DNA from: Octopus sinensis
Lineage: Eukaryota
NCBI RefSeq assembly: GCF_006345805.1
Contig: NC_043006.1
Location: forward strand, 81,964,001 to 82,028,000
Reading direction: 5' to 3'
Length of the DNA: 64,000 bases
Each line of letters opens with the position of its first letter. The stretch's first letter is position 1. Positions 63,818 to 64,000 of the stretch are shown here, in pieces. Below the pieces are notes generated by a model, which was not told the DNA's origin, did not search any database, and saw nothing but the letters and a program-made list of their open reading frames with translations. The translations under genes were made by a program, and so were the position numbers.

Positions 63818-64000
63818 TATATATCAACATTTTACATATCGCTTTTGTTGAACTGACCAAGTATATTAAATATACTCTTAGAATATCATAGTTTAACCAT
63901 AAAATATTTTTTTCTTGGGAAGCAACATTATTTCATCATAATATTGAAACCATCTCAGTTTTAAATCAATGTTATTTAATAAACATTTCATAGTTGTTGC

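Noticed and set aside
1-64000. Recursive splice sites (polypyrimidine-AG/GTAAG) in the long introns
   Set aside because: Candidates on the minus strand (about 3625, 15550, 42508) lack a polypyrimidine tract. The by-eye search was not exhaustive.

Overview
This is AT-rich, repeat-saturated animal DNA. An octopod cephalopod (Octopus) is inferred from the tRNA-derived SINE families, RTE/CR1 LINE tails and very dense TA/CA/ATT/GAT microsatellites. Most of the ORF track is microsatellite or transposon noise. I could support only one host exon: 111 nt on the minus strand (36189-36299), missing from the ORF track, matching exon 2 of alkaline ceramidase ACER3 in sequence, length and phase. Exons 1 and 3 were not found, so the window appears to be two giant introns (>27 kb and >36 kb). 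The main hidden signal is a set of hammerhead-ribozyme motifs of the type associated with Penelope-like elements. A 654-bp spacerless palindrome (38275-38928), about 2 kb upstream of the exon, carries a core-intact type I hammerhead in each arm, and in either transcription direction the antisense arm is made first. A near-intact 38-nt minimal hammerhead (8369-8406) and several degenerate ones from other families also occur, several at head-to-head inverted junctions. One is joined to a tRNA-like Pol III head. A separate (CAA)n-tailed repeat family has a head that may be a decayed HDV-like ribozyme, and this head forms a tandem array of about 9 units (28218-28720). All structures were read by eye, nothing was computed, and most repeat boundaries are approximate.
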